A stretch of DNA of 64,000 nucleotides from Candidatus Latescibacterota bacterium (GCA_965203355.1 OZ241889.1:2944001-3008000); one strand, 5' to 3'; positions 27,602 to 37,894 are shown, numbered from the stretch's first letter. Translations and numbers: made by a program. Notes: a model not told the origin generated them from the sequence alone.

Positions 27602-29386
27602 ATGGAAGAGCCGAGCGAAGGCTTGGGCAACTGGGAGCGCACACACGATTGCGGCGCGCTCACAGATAAAGACATCGGTCAGCGCGTCCTGATAATGGGC
27701 TGGGTCTGGCGCCGTCGCGACCATGGCGGCGTCATTTTTATAGATCTCCGCGACCGCTATGGCATTACCCAAATCGTCTTCAATCCGCAGCGCGATCCCA
27801 CCTCCTACCAGCAGGCCGACCACTTGCGCAGTGAGTACGTCATCGCCGTACAAGGCGAAGTCGAGGCCCGCCCTGAAGGTATGGTCAACCCGCAGTTGCC
27901 CACCGGGGCTATTGAAGTAAACTGCGATCAGTTACGTCTCCTCAACCGCTGTCGGACCCCGCCTTTTCTCATTGAAGACCAAACCGACGCTGGAGAGGAA
28001 ATTCGGCTCAAGTATCGCTATCTGGACCTGCGGCGACCTCGTATTCAAGGCAATTTGCTACTCAGGCACCAGGGCTATCAGATCGTACGCCATCTGCTCA
28101 ACCAGCGCGACTTCATCGAAGTTGAAACGCCGTTTCTGACCAAGAGCACCCCCGAAGGGGCCCGAGATTATCTCGTCCCCAGTCGAGTACATCCCGGGCA
28201 GTTTTTCGCGCTGCCCCAATCGCCTCAAACTTACAAACAACTCTTGATGATCGCCGGCTACGACCGCTACTTCCAAATCGTCAAGTGCTTCCGCGACGAG
28301 GATTTGCGTGCCGACCGCCAGCCCGAATTTACCCAAATCGACATCGAAATGGCCTTCGTGCGCGAGGATCACGTCATGGCTATTGCCGAGGATATAACCC
28401 GCGCCCTTTTTGCTCAGTTGCGCCAAATCGAGTTACCCAATCCCTTTCCTCGACTCACCTATCGCGAAGCCATAGAGCACTTTGGATCCGATAAACCCGA
28501 CCTGCGTTTCGGTTTAGAGCTCAAAGATGTAGCGGCAGCAGCGCGCACGTCCCAATTCCAAGTCTTTCATTCCGTTCTTGACAGTGGTGGTCAAGTTAAA
28601 GGTATAAATGCCAAGGGCTGCAGTGGGTTCTCGAGGGGACAAATAGACGATTTAATCGCCTTCGCCCAAGGATTAGGTGCCAAGGGTCTTAGCTGGATCA
28701 AACACACCGACGCTGGCCTTGAATCCTCCATTGTCAAATTCTTCCCTCAAGCCGCTCAAACCGAGTTGATCGAGGCGCTCGCATCCGCCCCTGGCGATCT
28801 GATGCTTTTTGTCGCCGACGAGCCCAAGCAGGTCGCTCGGATACTCGGAGCACTGCGCTTGGAGTTGGCTCAGCGCCTCTCATTAGTAACCGAGGATTCT
28901 TGGCAACCCCTTTGGGTCAGCCAATTTCCACTGCTAGAACGCGACGAGGAAGCCAACCGCTTTACAGCCGTGCATCATCCCTTCACAGCGCCCTTGGAAG
29001 AGGATTTTCCCCTCTTGGATAGTGCCCCTGCCGACGCTAGAGCTCGAGCCTATGACTTGGTCCTCAACGGCAATGAAATTGCCGGGGGCAGCATACGAAT
29101 TTTCCAGCACTCAGTACAAGCCCGTCTTTTTCAGCTCTTAGAAATCGGGGCCGAAGAAGCCGCGGCCAAATTCGGCTTCCTCCTAGAAGCCCTCGACTAC
29201 GGAGCCCCGCCACACGGTGGTATTGCCTTTGGCTTTGACCGACTGATCGCCTTGCTCGCCAACGAAGATTCAATCCGCGAAGTCATCGCCTTCCCCAAGA
29301 CCAATAAGGCCGTGGGTTTGATGGAAAACACCCCTTCTTCCGTCGATTTGGGCCAGTTGCGCGAATTGGGTATTCGGTCTGCTTGA
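27602..29386 (+). CDS. aspS: Aspartate-tRNA ligase, probably non-discriminating
   Basis: RRRDHGG..FIDLRD, RLKYRYLDLR, PEGARDY, FRDEDLRADRQPEF, PPHGGIAFG.DR. Confidence 0.98.
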   Translation: MEEPSEGLGNWERTHDCGALTDKDIGQRVLIMGWVWRRRDHGGVIFIDLRDRYGITQIVFNPQRDPTSYQQADHLRSEYVIAVQGEVEARPEGMVNPQLPTGAIEVNCDQLRLLNRCRTPPFLIEDQTDAGEEIRLKYRYLDLRRPRIQGNLLLRHQGYQIVRHLLNQRDFIEVETPFLTKSTPEGARDYLVPSRVHPGQFFALPQSPQTYKQLLMIAGYDRYFQIVKCFRDEDLRADRQPEFTQIDIEMAFVREDHVMAIAEDITRALFAQLRQIELPNPFPRLTYREAIEHFGSDKPDLRFGLELKDVAAAARTSQFQVFHSVLDSGGQVKGINAKGCSGFSRGQIDDLIAFAQGLGAKGLSWIKHTDAGLESSIVKFFPQAAQTELIEALASAPGDLMLFVADEPKQVARILGALRLELAQRLSLVTEDSWQPLWVSQFPLLERDEEANRFTAVHHPFTAPLEEDFPLLDSAPADARARAYDLVLNGNEIAGGSIRIFQHSVQARLFQLLEIGAEEAAAKFGFLLEALDYGAPPHGGIAFGFDRLIALLANEDSIREVIAFPKTNKAVGLMENTPSSVDLGQLRELGIRSA

Positions 29387-29422
29387 AAACTTACAAATAG
29401 GGTAGATTTTCACTTGTTCTGC

Positions 29423-29450
29423 TTGACATCCACTCTAGGTCGCCTATATT
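29423..29450 (+). promoter_or_regulatory. Candidate promoter of the lipoprotein-LysM pair
   Basis: TTGACA-N16-TATATT. Confidence 0.55.
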
Positions 29451-29520
29451 TGTGGCCATATTCCGTTTATTAATGTAAGATCGCTGTTTGATCCTTAAGC
29501 TTAGGTGGAGGAATTACTTA

Positions 29521-29805
29521 ATGAACCGTCTTTCCACTTTATCCAACTTGAGATACTCGGGCGTCGCCTTGGCGGTAGTAGTTCTGTCGCTTGTCGCTAG
29601 CTGTTCGCGTGTTCCGTCACAGGAGGACATGGCATACCTAGAGCAACAGCGCCAAGCCACTCTGGCCGCCGAAGCGAAAGTAACCGAGCTACAAGCCGCA
29701 AAAGCACAGCTCGAGCGCGAACTCGCCGAGCGGCAAGCCACCCAAAAAGCACTAGAAGAAAAACTAGCCGCTACTAAGAACAACCTCGCCAACCAAGGTA
29801 AATAA
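29521..29805 (+). CDS. Small coiled-coil lipoprotein (Lpp/OprI-like architecture)
   Basis: RBS GGAGG; lipobox VASC; Ala/Glu/Gln-rich helix; C-terminal Lys. Confidence 0.82.
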   Translation: MNRLSTLSNLRYSGVALAVVVLSLVASCSRVPSQEDMAYLEQQRQATLAAEAKVTELQAAKAQLERELAERQATQKALEEKLAATKNNLANQGK

Positions 29806-29831
29806 GAAAGGTAACAAGAAAGGGTCTGACC

Positions 29832-30662
29832 ATGAAGAAGTTGTCCGTTGGTGGGTTGGTTTTAGCATTGCTAGTCCTAGCGAGCGGAAACATCTCTGCT
29901 CAAGAGCAGCAGATGACCTGCGAGGAGTACATGGCTCTAGGGAATGAGCTCGTCAACCGCGAAAGCGCAGCCAACACCCAGATCGAAGAGCTAAACGCCC
30001 AGCTTGAAGCACTTAATATGCAGATTGTCCAGCTCGACCGGGCCAATGCCGAACTTAATGCCCAAACCCTCGCAGCAATCGGCCACTCTGAATCCGAAGT
30101 CATGGCCTTTGGGCGCGAGCTCGACGCTATTATCGCCCAACTCGAAGGGCTGATGGCACTGGCTCCAGAAGTGCTTATCATGCGGCGCGGTGAAATTACC
30201 GCCGTCGATTCTCGAGTCGCTGAACTCAAGCAGAGCAACATAGCCGCCCTGCCCGAAATGATGGACAAGCTAGCTACCATTGACCAGATGCTCGCAGACC
30301 TCAAAGCGCGCGTAGCCCAACCCGTGGCCATTGACTACAAGGTCGAGCGGGGAGACAACTTGTGGAATATCTCCAAAAAAGAACAAATCTACGACGATCC
30401 CTATATGTGGCCCCGCATCTACCGCAAGAATAAGGAGCAAATCAAAGACCCAGATTTAATTTATCCCAACCAAGTCTTGGCCGTGCCGTTTGGGGTAGCC
30501 GAAAATCAGTATTTGGTCTCCCGAGGAGATTTTCTCTTCAAAATTGCCGCCGAGCTTTATAACAATGCTGGCAAATGGCACAAAATCTACGAGGCCAACA
30601 AGCAACAAATTGTCGCGCCAGATGTGATTTTTCCTGCTCAAGTCCTCGAAATTCCCAAGTAA
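29832..30662 (+). CDS. Exported coiled-coil protein with two LysM domains
   Basis: Signal peptide; YKVERGDNLWNIS...DPDLIYPNQVL and YLVSRGDFLFKIA...PDVIFPAQVLEIP. Confidence 0.92.
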   Translation: MKKLSVGGLVLALLVLASGNISAQEQQMTCEEYMALGNELVNRESAANTQIEELNAQLEALNMQIVQLDRANAELNAQTLAAIGHSESEVMAFGRELDAIIAQLEGLMALAPEVLIMRRGEITAVDSRVAELKQSNIAALPEMMDKLATIDQMLADLKARVAQPVAIDYKVERGDNLWNISKKEQIYDDPYMWPRIYRKNKEQIKDPDLIYPNQVLAVPFGVAENQYLVSRGDFLFKIAAELYNNAGKWHKIYEANKQQIVAPDVIFPAQVLEIPK

Positions 30663-30697
30663 TTACAACTGCTTGATTTAAATACGGTTCAAGACTT

Positions 30698-30750
30698 AAA
30701 GGGGTTTGATTCTTCCGGGTTTTTGAGGGAAGGATTTCAAACCCCTTTTT
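30698..30750 (+). terminator. Rho-independent terminator after the LysM gene
   Basis: AAAGGGGTTTGA...TCAAACCCCTTTTT. Confidence 0.75.
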
Positions 30751-30776
30751 GTATTTTTATTTAGCTACCAAGACCT

Positions 30777-31733
30777 ATGAAGGACATTTCTATCGCCGGC
30801 ATTGATCGCCGCTCTCTTTTCGGGCGCAACGATCAACACTTGGCTCATCTCGAAAAGAGATACGGCATTCGCTTAGTCGCTCGCGGCGACAAGCTCACGA
30901 TTAAGGGATCGGATGCCTCGGTACGCGAGGCCAATAGCTTCCTCAGTCCCCTCATAAAACGCATGCGCCACGGTCCGCCCATTGAAGCAGCCGAGCTAGA
31001 GAGCTTGATTCGCTGCAGCTCGATTCTGCCTAAGGGCACCCCCAGCACTCGCTCAAACTCCGTTGCTTATACCTATAAGACGAATATCTATGCCCGCACC
31101 GAAGGCCAAGCGAAATATCTCGCAGCCATCGACAACAACGACGTGGTCTTCGGCATCGGTCCGGCTGGCACCGGCAAGACGTACCTCGCGGTGGCCATGG
31201 CCGTTGCTGCGCTGCGGCAGAAGCAAATATCTCGCATCCTGCTCGCTCGGCCCGCGGTCGAAGCTGGAGAGAAGCTCGGTTTTTTACCTGGTTCTTTTGA
31301 GGATAAAGTCGATCCCTACTTGCGCCCACTCTACGACGCACTACAGGATCTCATGGAACCCGAGCGCCTGAGGCGGATGCAGGATATGAAAATTGTCGAG
31401 GTCGTGCCGCTGGCCTACATGCGCGGCCGCACTCTCAACGACTCGTTTATTATTCTCGACGAAGCCCAAAATACTACGCCACAGCAGATGAAGATGTTTC
31501 TCACTCGATTGGGTAGCCACTCAAAGGCCGTAGTTACTGGCGATATTACCCAAACTGACCTCCGCGATGACCAGCCTTCGGGCTTGGTCGTCGCACCCAA
31601 AATTCTAACCGGGATCGCAGGCCTGGCCTTTGTTCGGCTCAACGAACGAGATGTGGTGCGCAACCCGCTCGTGCAGAAGATCATCAAAGCCTACGACAGC
31701 TATGAGGAAACCCACGTCTCGGCCGATCCATGA
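30777..31733 (+). CDS. phoH: PhoH-like ATPase (YbeZ)
   Basis: GPAGTGKT, RPAVEAGEKLGFLPG, YMRGRTL, DEAQN, TGDITQ. Confidence 0.96.
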   Translation: MKDISIAGIDRRSLFGRNDQHLAHLEKRYGIRLVARGDKLTIKGSDASVREANSFLSPLIKRMRHGPPIEAAELESLIRCSSILPKGTPSTRSNSVAYTYKTNIYARTEGQAKYLAAIDNNDVVFGIGPAGTGKTYLAVAMAVAALRQKQISRILLARPAVEAGEKLGFLPGSFEDKVDPYLRPLYDALQDLMEPERLRRMQDMKIVEVVPLAYMRGRTLNDSFIILDEAQNTTPQQMKMFLTRLGSHSKAVVTGDITQTDLRDDQPSGLVVAPKILTGIAGLAFVRLNERDVVRNPLVQKIIKAYDSYEETHVSADP

Positions 31734-33970
31734 ACGCCCTTAAACTCAAGTGGTTTGGTTCTAAACGCCGCAGCAATCAGCCCCAGCCTTGGCACCCGCA
31801 TAGCTCGTGGGTGTTCCACATTGCCTTGGCAGGACTAGTCATCGGCCTGCTCACCTATCTATCGCCTTACCAGCGTCCCTACAACGTTGCCCGGCTGCGC
31901 GTCGGCAGCGTCGCGCAAGAGCGCATCGAGGCTCCTTTTCTCTTTAACGTGCCCAAAAGCGATGCCGAATTGGAGCGCGAACGACAAGCAGCCAGCGCCG
32001 AGGTCCCCACTATCTTGCACCGCGATCCCCTAATTCGGGAGGAGCAACTAGCTCAGTTAGACTCAGTCTTTGCAGTGATGATCCCAAGGATCCGGGTCCA
32101 GATGGCCGACTCCTTAAAGCAACGCGAACTCCAACGCGCCCTACCTCAAGTCGTAGGTTCGCTCTCGCTCGATGCGCTTTCGACCCTCATTGACGTCCTA
32201 TCCACAGCCAGCAAACCTTATGTACACGATTTCCAAGCCATCTGTCGGCAGATTCTGGCCAATTACTACACTGCGGGCATCATCGCCTCCAAACAACCAA
32301 TCCTCCTAAGCCCTTCGACCCAAGTCCGCCTCGGAGACCGGGAACAGCACATAGAAACCCTTTATAGCGAAGAAAAGATCAAACAAGGCGAATTAATCTC
32401 TCACATCCAAACGTACCACACGATTGCCGACCGCAGTGCCGTCCAAGCCGTACACGAGCTGCTAAGCCTCTTTGTGGTTCCCAATATAACTATTGACGAG
32501 CCAGAGACCGCCCGCCTCAGAGACGCAGCGCGGCGCGGCGTGGCTAGCATCAAGCGGATCTATGCCCAAAACGACCTCATCATCGACAAAAACGCCACCG
32601 TCGCCGAGGAGCACGTCAATGCACTCAACGCACTAGCCGCCCACATCGCCCAAGATCAATCTCAACATCCGGTTCAGCGCGTGATTCAAGTGGCTGCGGC
32701 CGCGACGATTTCTGGGCTCCTGATCTTCGTCTTCGGCTATTTCCTCGCCACGCACGAACGGGCTGTTTTTGACCATCCCGGCCAACTTGTCCTCTTAGCC
32801 ATTCTAACTATGGCCACAGCCGCCGCAGCCTCCTATATCAAAACGCACGACCTCTCTCCCTACTGGGTGCCGATCCCGCTCGCCGCCATGCTAGCGACGA
32901 TCCTGCTAACGCCACAAATTGGCTTAGTGCTCTCGTTTGTGCTCGCGCTTTTTGTCGGCAACCTCTTTGCCGACTTCTACGTAGTCATAATCTGCGCCCT
33001 AACGGCGGCCATCGCCGTCTATGCGGTGCGGCACGTGCGCCACCGCAATCAGTTCTATCGGCCCATGATCTTCCTGCCGATTTCTTACGCATTGCTCATC
33101 GCAGCGGCGGATCTATTGCGCTTCTTTCCGGTCGAACAGATATACGATCATATTCTGCCCGGGATCGTCATTGGCGTGGCCGCTCCCATCCTCACCATCG
33201 GCCTGCTGCCGATCTTTGAAAGTCTCTTTCACATCACCACGGATATCACCCTGCTAGAGCTGTCGGATCCCAATCGGACCTTGCTCCGTCAATTGGCTAT
33301 CCGGGCCCCAGGAACCTATACTCATAGCCTGATTATGGCCAACCTCTCCGAGAGCGCTGCCGAGGCCATTGCCGCTAATCCGCTCTTGGCCCGCGTTGGC
33401 TGTTATTACCACGACATCGGCAAGGTGAACAAACCTGAGTACTTCAGCGAAAATCAGGGGCTACAAGGTGGACACAATCCCCACGATCGTCTGATGCCCT
33501 ACCTGAGCATGCTCATCATCGCCGCGCACGTCCGTGAAGGGCTCGAGTTGGCCGAGGAACACGGCCTTCCCCAGTCTATCCGCGACCTAATCGCCCAGCA
33601 CCACGGCACCACCGTCATTGAGTACTTTTACGAGCGTGCCGTAGAATTGGGTGACCGAAGTGTGCGCGAGGAAGATTTCAAGTACGACGGCCCCAGACCC
33701 CAGACCAAAGAGGCCGGTATCTTGATGTTGGCCGACTCAGTCGAAGCGGCGGCCCGCACCCTCCCCGAGCGCACACCCAGCCGGATGCGCCAGTTAGTGC
33801 ATAAAATTATCCAGCAGAAGTTCACCACTGGCGAACTCGACGAATGTGCGCTGACCCTGCGGGATTTGCTCAAAATAGAGGACAGCTTCATCCGCGTACT
33901 GATGGGCGTTCTCCACAGCCGGATGGCATACCCTTGGCAGAAGGCCAATCGCAAATGGCAGACCGTCTAG
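31730..33970 (+). CDS. pgpH: 7TM-HD phosphohydrolase (PgpH-like, putative c-di-AMP phosphodiesterase)
   Basis: Extracellular domain plus multi-TM block; APGTYTHS, YYHDIGK, YFSENQ, HHGT, LADSVEAA; typical phoH-pgpH-ybeY order. Confidence 0.88.
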   Translation: MNALKLKWFGSKRRSNQPQPWHPHSSWVFHIALAGLVIGLLTYLSPYQRPYNVARLRVGSVAQERIEAPFLFNVPKSDAELERERQAASAEVPTILHRDPLIREEQLAQLDSVFAVMIPRIRVQMADSLKQRELQRALPQVVGSLSLDALSTLIDVLSTASKPYVHDFQAICRQILANYYTAGIIASKQPILLSPSTQVRLGDREQHIETLYSEEKIKQGELISHIQTYHTIADRSAVQAVHELLSLFVVPNITIDEPETARLRDAARRGVASIKRIYAQNDLIIDKNATVAEEHVNALNALAAHIAQDQSQHPVQRVIQVAAAATISGLLIFVFGYFLATHERAVFDHPGQLVLLAILTMATAAAASYIKTHDLSPYWVPIPLAAMLATILLTPQIGLVLSFVLALFVGNLFADFYVVIICALTAAIAVYAVRHVRHRNQFYRPMIFLPISYALLIAAADLLRFFPVEQIYDHILPGIVIGVAAPILTIGLLPIFESLFHITTDITLLELSDPNRTLLRQLAIRAPGTYTHSLIMANLSESAAEAIAANPLLARVGCYYHDIGKVNKPEYFSENQGLQGGHNPHDRLMPYLSMLIIAAHVREGLELAEEHGLPQSIRDLIAQHHGTTVIEYFYERAVELGDRSVREEDFKYDGPRPQTKEAGILMLADSVEAAARTLPERTPSRMRQLVHKIIQQKFTTGELDECALTLRDLLKIEDSFIRVLMGVLHSRMAYPWQKANRKWQTV

Positions 33971-34407
33971 CGAGCTCCCTCCACATAGTCCATGCCGCCG
34001 GGCTAGCCCCACTACACGGAGACGCGCTTGCAACCCTACACCACATCGCCGCACAGGTCGCTTACTCCCACACACTGCCGGATGCGGTCCAGCTAGTCCT
34101 CATTGACGACGATTACATGAGTGCTCTCAACGCCGCCTATCGAAGCAAGGAGGGTACCACGGATGTCCTGTCTTTCGACTTAGGAACCATACCGGGTCAG
34201 AGCAGCAGCGGCGAAGTGTACATTTCGCTGCCCCAAGCGCAACGGCAAGCTGCTGCGATCAGCGTCCCCCTCTTAGTGGAGCTATCCCGCCTGTTAGTAC
34301 ACGGCCTACTACACCTAGCCGGCTGGGTACACGACACACCCGAGCAACTAGACGCTATGGAGCACGAAACAGACCACTTCCTCACCACAGCCTCCCTCGT
34401 CCCCTAA
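33955..34407 (+). CDS. ybeY: rRNA maturation endoribonuclease YbeY
   Basis: LNAAYR.K..TTDVLSF, GEVYIS, HGLLHLAGWVH; ATG 33955. Confidence 0.93.
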   Translation: MADRLASSLHIVHAAGLAPLHGDALATLHHIAAQVAYSHTLPDAVQLVLIDDDYMSALNAAYRSKEGTTDVLSFDLGTIPGQSSSGEVYISLPQAQRQAAAISVPLLVELSRLLVHGLLHLAGWVHDTPEQLDAMEHETDHFLTTASLVP

Positions 34408-34444
34408 GCGACTTTGGCCGATCGCTTTACCGAAAGGATCCTTT

Positions 34445-35761
34445 TTGGAACCCCCGCAAGTTGACTTATCCTTGGTCGCATACGCCGCGCTGGCCGGCAC
34501 GACCAGCCTCGTTTGGCTCTTCGTGGTAGCCAGCTATGAAACAACCTTCTCCATTCTCTCCAAATCCGTGCTAGAGAAAATGGCCGAAAGCGGCGTATCC
34601 CACGCGCACGCCATGCTCCGCATCTACGAGCCGCGCCTGCGCCTGCGCTTGATGGCTCGCCTCGGCGAAGCCATCGGCATCATCGTCCTCGCCCTCGCCC
34701 TGTTCTTTCTCGCACAGGCTCTCACCCTTGCGAACTATATCTCCGCAGCCATAGCTGTATTGGGTGCGCTAGGGCTTTTTATGGTCGTGGCGACGCCGCG
34801 ACGCATTCGCTTTGACGAAGAGGGCGAAGAAGCACACATCTCCGTCCTAGCTTTAGCTTATGTGCCGGTACACGCACTGCTTCTCCCGGCGACCGACCTC
34901 CTCCAACTTCTCAGCAGTTTCGATTACAGCGACGAGGACTTCCGCGCGGAAAAGGAAGAAGAACTGCGCAGCATCGTCGAGTCAGAAGGCGAGTCTGGCG
35001 TCCTAGAAGAAGGCGAGCGCGAGATGATTGAGGGCGTTTTTGGTTTCCACGACCGCATCGTCCGCGAAGTTATGATCCCCCGCGTTGATATGGTTGCCAT
35101 TGACCAAGCGGCCTCCTTAAAAGACTTGATCGATCTCATCCGGGATAAAGGACACTCGCGCCTGCCCATTTACCGAGAAAGCCTCGACCACATCCAAGGG
35201 ATCGTATACGCCAAAGATCTGCTACAGATCTTAGTGTCCCGTCCCGAAATCGATCTAGCGACACCTATAAACCAACTACTGACCGGCCAGCAAGAGGACG
35301 GTCTGCCCTTTACCCATGAGCCTTATTACATCCCTGAGACCAAGAAAATCGACATCCTGCTCAACGACTTGAGATCCAACAAGATTCGCCTCGCCATCGT
35401 CTTAGACGAATACGGCGGCACGGCCGGCTTGGTCACCACCGAAGATCTCGTCGAGGAAATCGTCGGGGAAATCCAAGACGAGTATGACGAAGAAGAAGCA
35501 TTGCACCACTGGGAGATACCCGACGAAGTACTCATAGCCAATGCCCGCATCGACATAGAAGATCTCAACAAGTTGCTTTCTACCGATCTGCCGAGGACGG
35601 GTTTTGAAACCTTGGGGGGATTTATCTACGACCACTTGGGGAGCATTCCCGTGGAGGGCTTGGCCTTCAAGGTAAACGATCTAGAGCTCGATATTCTCAA
35701 AGTGGAGGGCCAGCGCATCGCCCAAGTCAAACTCCGGCGCTTGACACCCGTCGGCCATTGA
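34445..35761 (+). CDS. Hemolysin/CorC (YbeX-like) CBS-domain membrane protein
   Basis: N-terminal TM region; VREVMIPRVD, HSRLP, DEYGGTAGLVT.ED..EEIVGEIQDEYD, ETLGG. Confidence 0.93.
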   Translation: MEPPQVDLSLVAYAALAGTTSLVWLFVVASYETTFSILSKSVLEKMAESGVSHAHAMLRIYEPRLRLRLMARLGEAIGIIVLALALFFLAQALTLANYISAAIAVLGALGLFMVVATPRRIRFDEEGEEAHISVLALAYVPVHALLLPATDLLQLLSSFDYSDEDFRAEKEEELRSIVESEGESGVLEEGEREMIEGVFGFHDRIVREVMIPRVDMVAIDQAASLKDLIDLIRDKGHSRLPIYRESLDHIQGIVYAKDLLQILVSRPEIDLATPINQLLTGQQEDGLPFTHEPYYIPETKKIDILLNDLRSNKIRLAIVLDEYGGTAGLVTTEDLVEEIVGEIQDEYDEEEALHHWEIPDEVLIANARIDIEDLNKLLSTDLPRTGFETLGGFIYDHLGSIPVEGLAFKVNDLELDILKVEGQRIAQVKLRRLTPVGH

Positions 35762-35817
35762 GAAGAGAGGGTTGCGCGTGCCTGCCCCATCCTTTAGATT
35801 AATTGCACATAGCTTGT

Positions 35818-35894
<77 letters not shown>

Positions 35895-35899
35895 CCTTT

Positions 35900-35932
35900 T
35901 CAGGGAGTCGCTTGCGGCTCCCTGATTTTTTC
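35900..35932 (+). terminator. Rho-independent terminator after tRNA-fMet
   Basis: TCAGGGAGTCGC-tt-GCGGCTCCCTGA followed by a T-tract. Confidence 0.82.
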
Positions 35933-35933
35933 T

Positions 35934-36260
35934 ATGCCTATCTATAACAAGGTTCCGGCCAATCCCACCACTGCTCCGGCCGAGCGCATCCGCCTCGACG
36001 AGCGCTTCGTATCCTTGCTCGTCGCCGAAGACGCCCAAGATCGCCTCGAAGCCCAAGAGTTGCGCCAGCTCGTCCACCGGGCCCTCCAAGCCCTCTCCGA
36101 CGACGAAATGCGCGTTGTTCAACTTCGCTATCAGTACAAGAAATCGCCCGGCCAAGTCGCAACGCGCCTAGGCATTTCCCGCGACGCGATGGCTGCGCTT
36201 GAGCAGAGCGGGTTAGCAAAATTGCGTCAAGGGCTTGAGGATTGGCACCGAGGCGTCTGA
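35934..36260 (+). CDS. Stand-alone sigma-70 region-4-like HTH protein
   Basis: ALQALSDDEMRVVQLRY...QVATRLGISR...GLAKLR; no region 2. Confidence 0.75.
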   Translation: MPIYNKVPANPTTAPAERIRLDERFVSLLVAEDAQDRLEAQELRQLVHRALQALSDDEMRVVQLRYQYKKSPGQVATRLGISRDAMAALEQSGLAKLRQGLEDWHRGV

Positions 36261-37776
36261 ATTGCAGCAGTGGTTCTTTCCCCTGCTCGCCCCAGCCTTA
36301 CTCTCGGGCCTGCTCTTCGTAGTTAGCATTCCCAAATTCGATCAGTATTACCTCGCTTGGATTTGCCTGCTGCCGCTTTTTGCGGCTCGGCAGTGGCTGC
36401 CAAGCCAAAGCCATTTCGCCCTCGGGCTGATCACGGGCGTCGTCTGGGCTATCGGGCGCACGTACTGGATTACCGAGACCTTGCAATTGTACGGTGCGCT
36501 GGCCTGGGCAACCGCTGCGGCGACGAATGCGCTACTCATCTTATACCTGGCCTTGTATCTGGCCTGTTTTGTCGCCGTGTGCCGCCGCATAAACTTTTCT
36601 TCCCCCCTCTTTGCTTGGTCGGCGGCTAGCGTCTGGATCCTTTTGGAATGGGCGCAAAACTGGATGTTGAGCGGCTTTCCTTGGCAGCTACTAGGCTATT
36701 CGCAGTACCTCAATCTCCCCTTTCTACAATGGGCGGGCATAACTGGCGTTTACGGCCTGAGTTTCCTCATCGTCCTATTCAACGCCGCGTTGGCCCAAGC
36801 CCTCTCGCACCGCACCTTCATCCCCTATCTGAGCCTGCCCCTTTTCCTGCTAGTCGCCGTTCATCTATGGGGGTTCTACCGGCTGCACGACGCGCCCGAT
36901 CCGCCACCTGCGACCCTAAAGGTCGGCGTCGTTCAAGGCAATATCCCCCAAGACCGCAAGTGGGCGGAGAATCGGCTAGCCTGGACGGCTCGGCACTACG
37001 CTGCACTCACTCGGGATTTGGCAGCCGCGGAAAAACCTGCCCTGATCATCTACCCCGAGACAGCCCTGCCGCTCTATTTTAGCGACCCTTTGTACGCGCC
37101 CTATGTTGATTCAATAACAGCCCTAGCGCCCGAACTAGATACGCCCATGCTGGTGGGCAGCCTCAAGGGGGATTCGCAAAACCGCACGGCTCCGGTCTAT
37201 AACCGAGCTTTCCTGCTCAACGCTCAAGGGGATGTCGTGGATTACGCCGACAAGGTTCACTTGGTGCCGTTTGGCGAGTTCCTGCCTTTCCCATCTATCT
37301 TTCAGTATTTGGGAGGACTTACCGCAGAAAGCGGCATCTTCACCCCTGGGGAAAGGCACAAAGTACTGCGGCTTCCGCGCAGCGGCACCTCATTCGGGGT
37401 CTTTATTTGCTACGAGTCCATCTTTCCGGAAATCACCCGCGCACTGATGGCCCAAGATCCAGACTTTCTGGTCAATACCACCAACGACGCTTGGTTTGGC
37501 ACCACTGCGGCCCCGCATCAGCACTTGGCGCAGGCTGTCCTGCGGGCCGTAGAAAGCGGGCGGGCCGTAGTCCGCGCCGCCAATACCGGCATTTCCGGCT
37601 TAATCGAACCGAGCGGACGCATTGCCTATCGCACACCGCTTTTCACGACCGTGGGCTTTGCCATAGACGTGCCCCTACACCAGGGACAGACGCTCTACAC
37701 GCGTTGGGGGGACTGGCCGCTCCTGCTCTGTGCCCTCGCACTAACGCTAGCCGCGATCCGCAAAAATTGGAATTAG
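36235..37776 (+). CDS. lnt: Apolipoprotein N-acyltransferase
   Basis: GFPW, VQGNI, YPETA, KVHLVPFGE, ICYE, TNDAWFG, RAANTGIS. Confidence 0.96.
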   Translation: MRIGTEASELQQWFFPLLAPALLSGLLFVVSIPKFDQYYLAWICLLPLFAARQWLPSQSHFALGLITGVVWAIGRTYWITETLQLYGALAWATAAATNALLILYLALYLACFVAVCRRINFSSPLFAWSAASVWILLEWAQNWMLSGFPWQLLGYSQYLNLPFLQWAGITGVYGLSFLIVLFNAALAQALSHRTFIPYLSLPLFLLVAVHLWGFYRLHDAPDPPPATLKVGVVQGNIPQDRKWAENRLAWTARHYAALTRDLAAAEKPALIIYPETALPLYFSDPLYAPYVDSITALAPELDTPMLVGSLKGDSQNRTAPVYNRAFLLNAQGDVVDYADKVHLVPFGEFLPFPSIFQYLGGLTAESGIFTPGERHKVLRLPRSGTSFGVFICYESIFPEITRALMAQDPDFLVNTTNDAWFGTTAAPHQHLAQAVLRAVESGRAVVRAANTGISGLIEPSGRIAYRTPLFTTVGFAIDVPLHQGQTLYTRWGDWPLLLCALALTLAAIRKNWN

Positions 37777-37894
37777 GAATGCTGGCCGAACACCACCGGG
37801 CCGGGCGTTGGATCGTCCAGACCCTCCCGCTTGCCGCCCGTACCTCGGGGCGCACACTTCTCCGGGCCATACCGTCGTGGATGTATCTTCTCTC

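Noticed and set aside
33955-34407. YbeY motif variant GWVH instead of GYDH
   Set aside because: All three metal-binding His are intact; likely ordinary divergence
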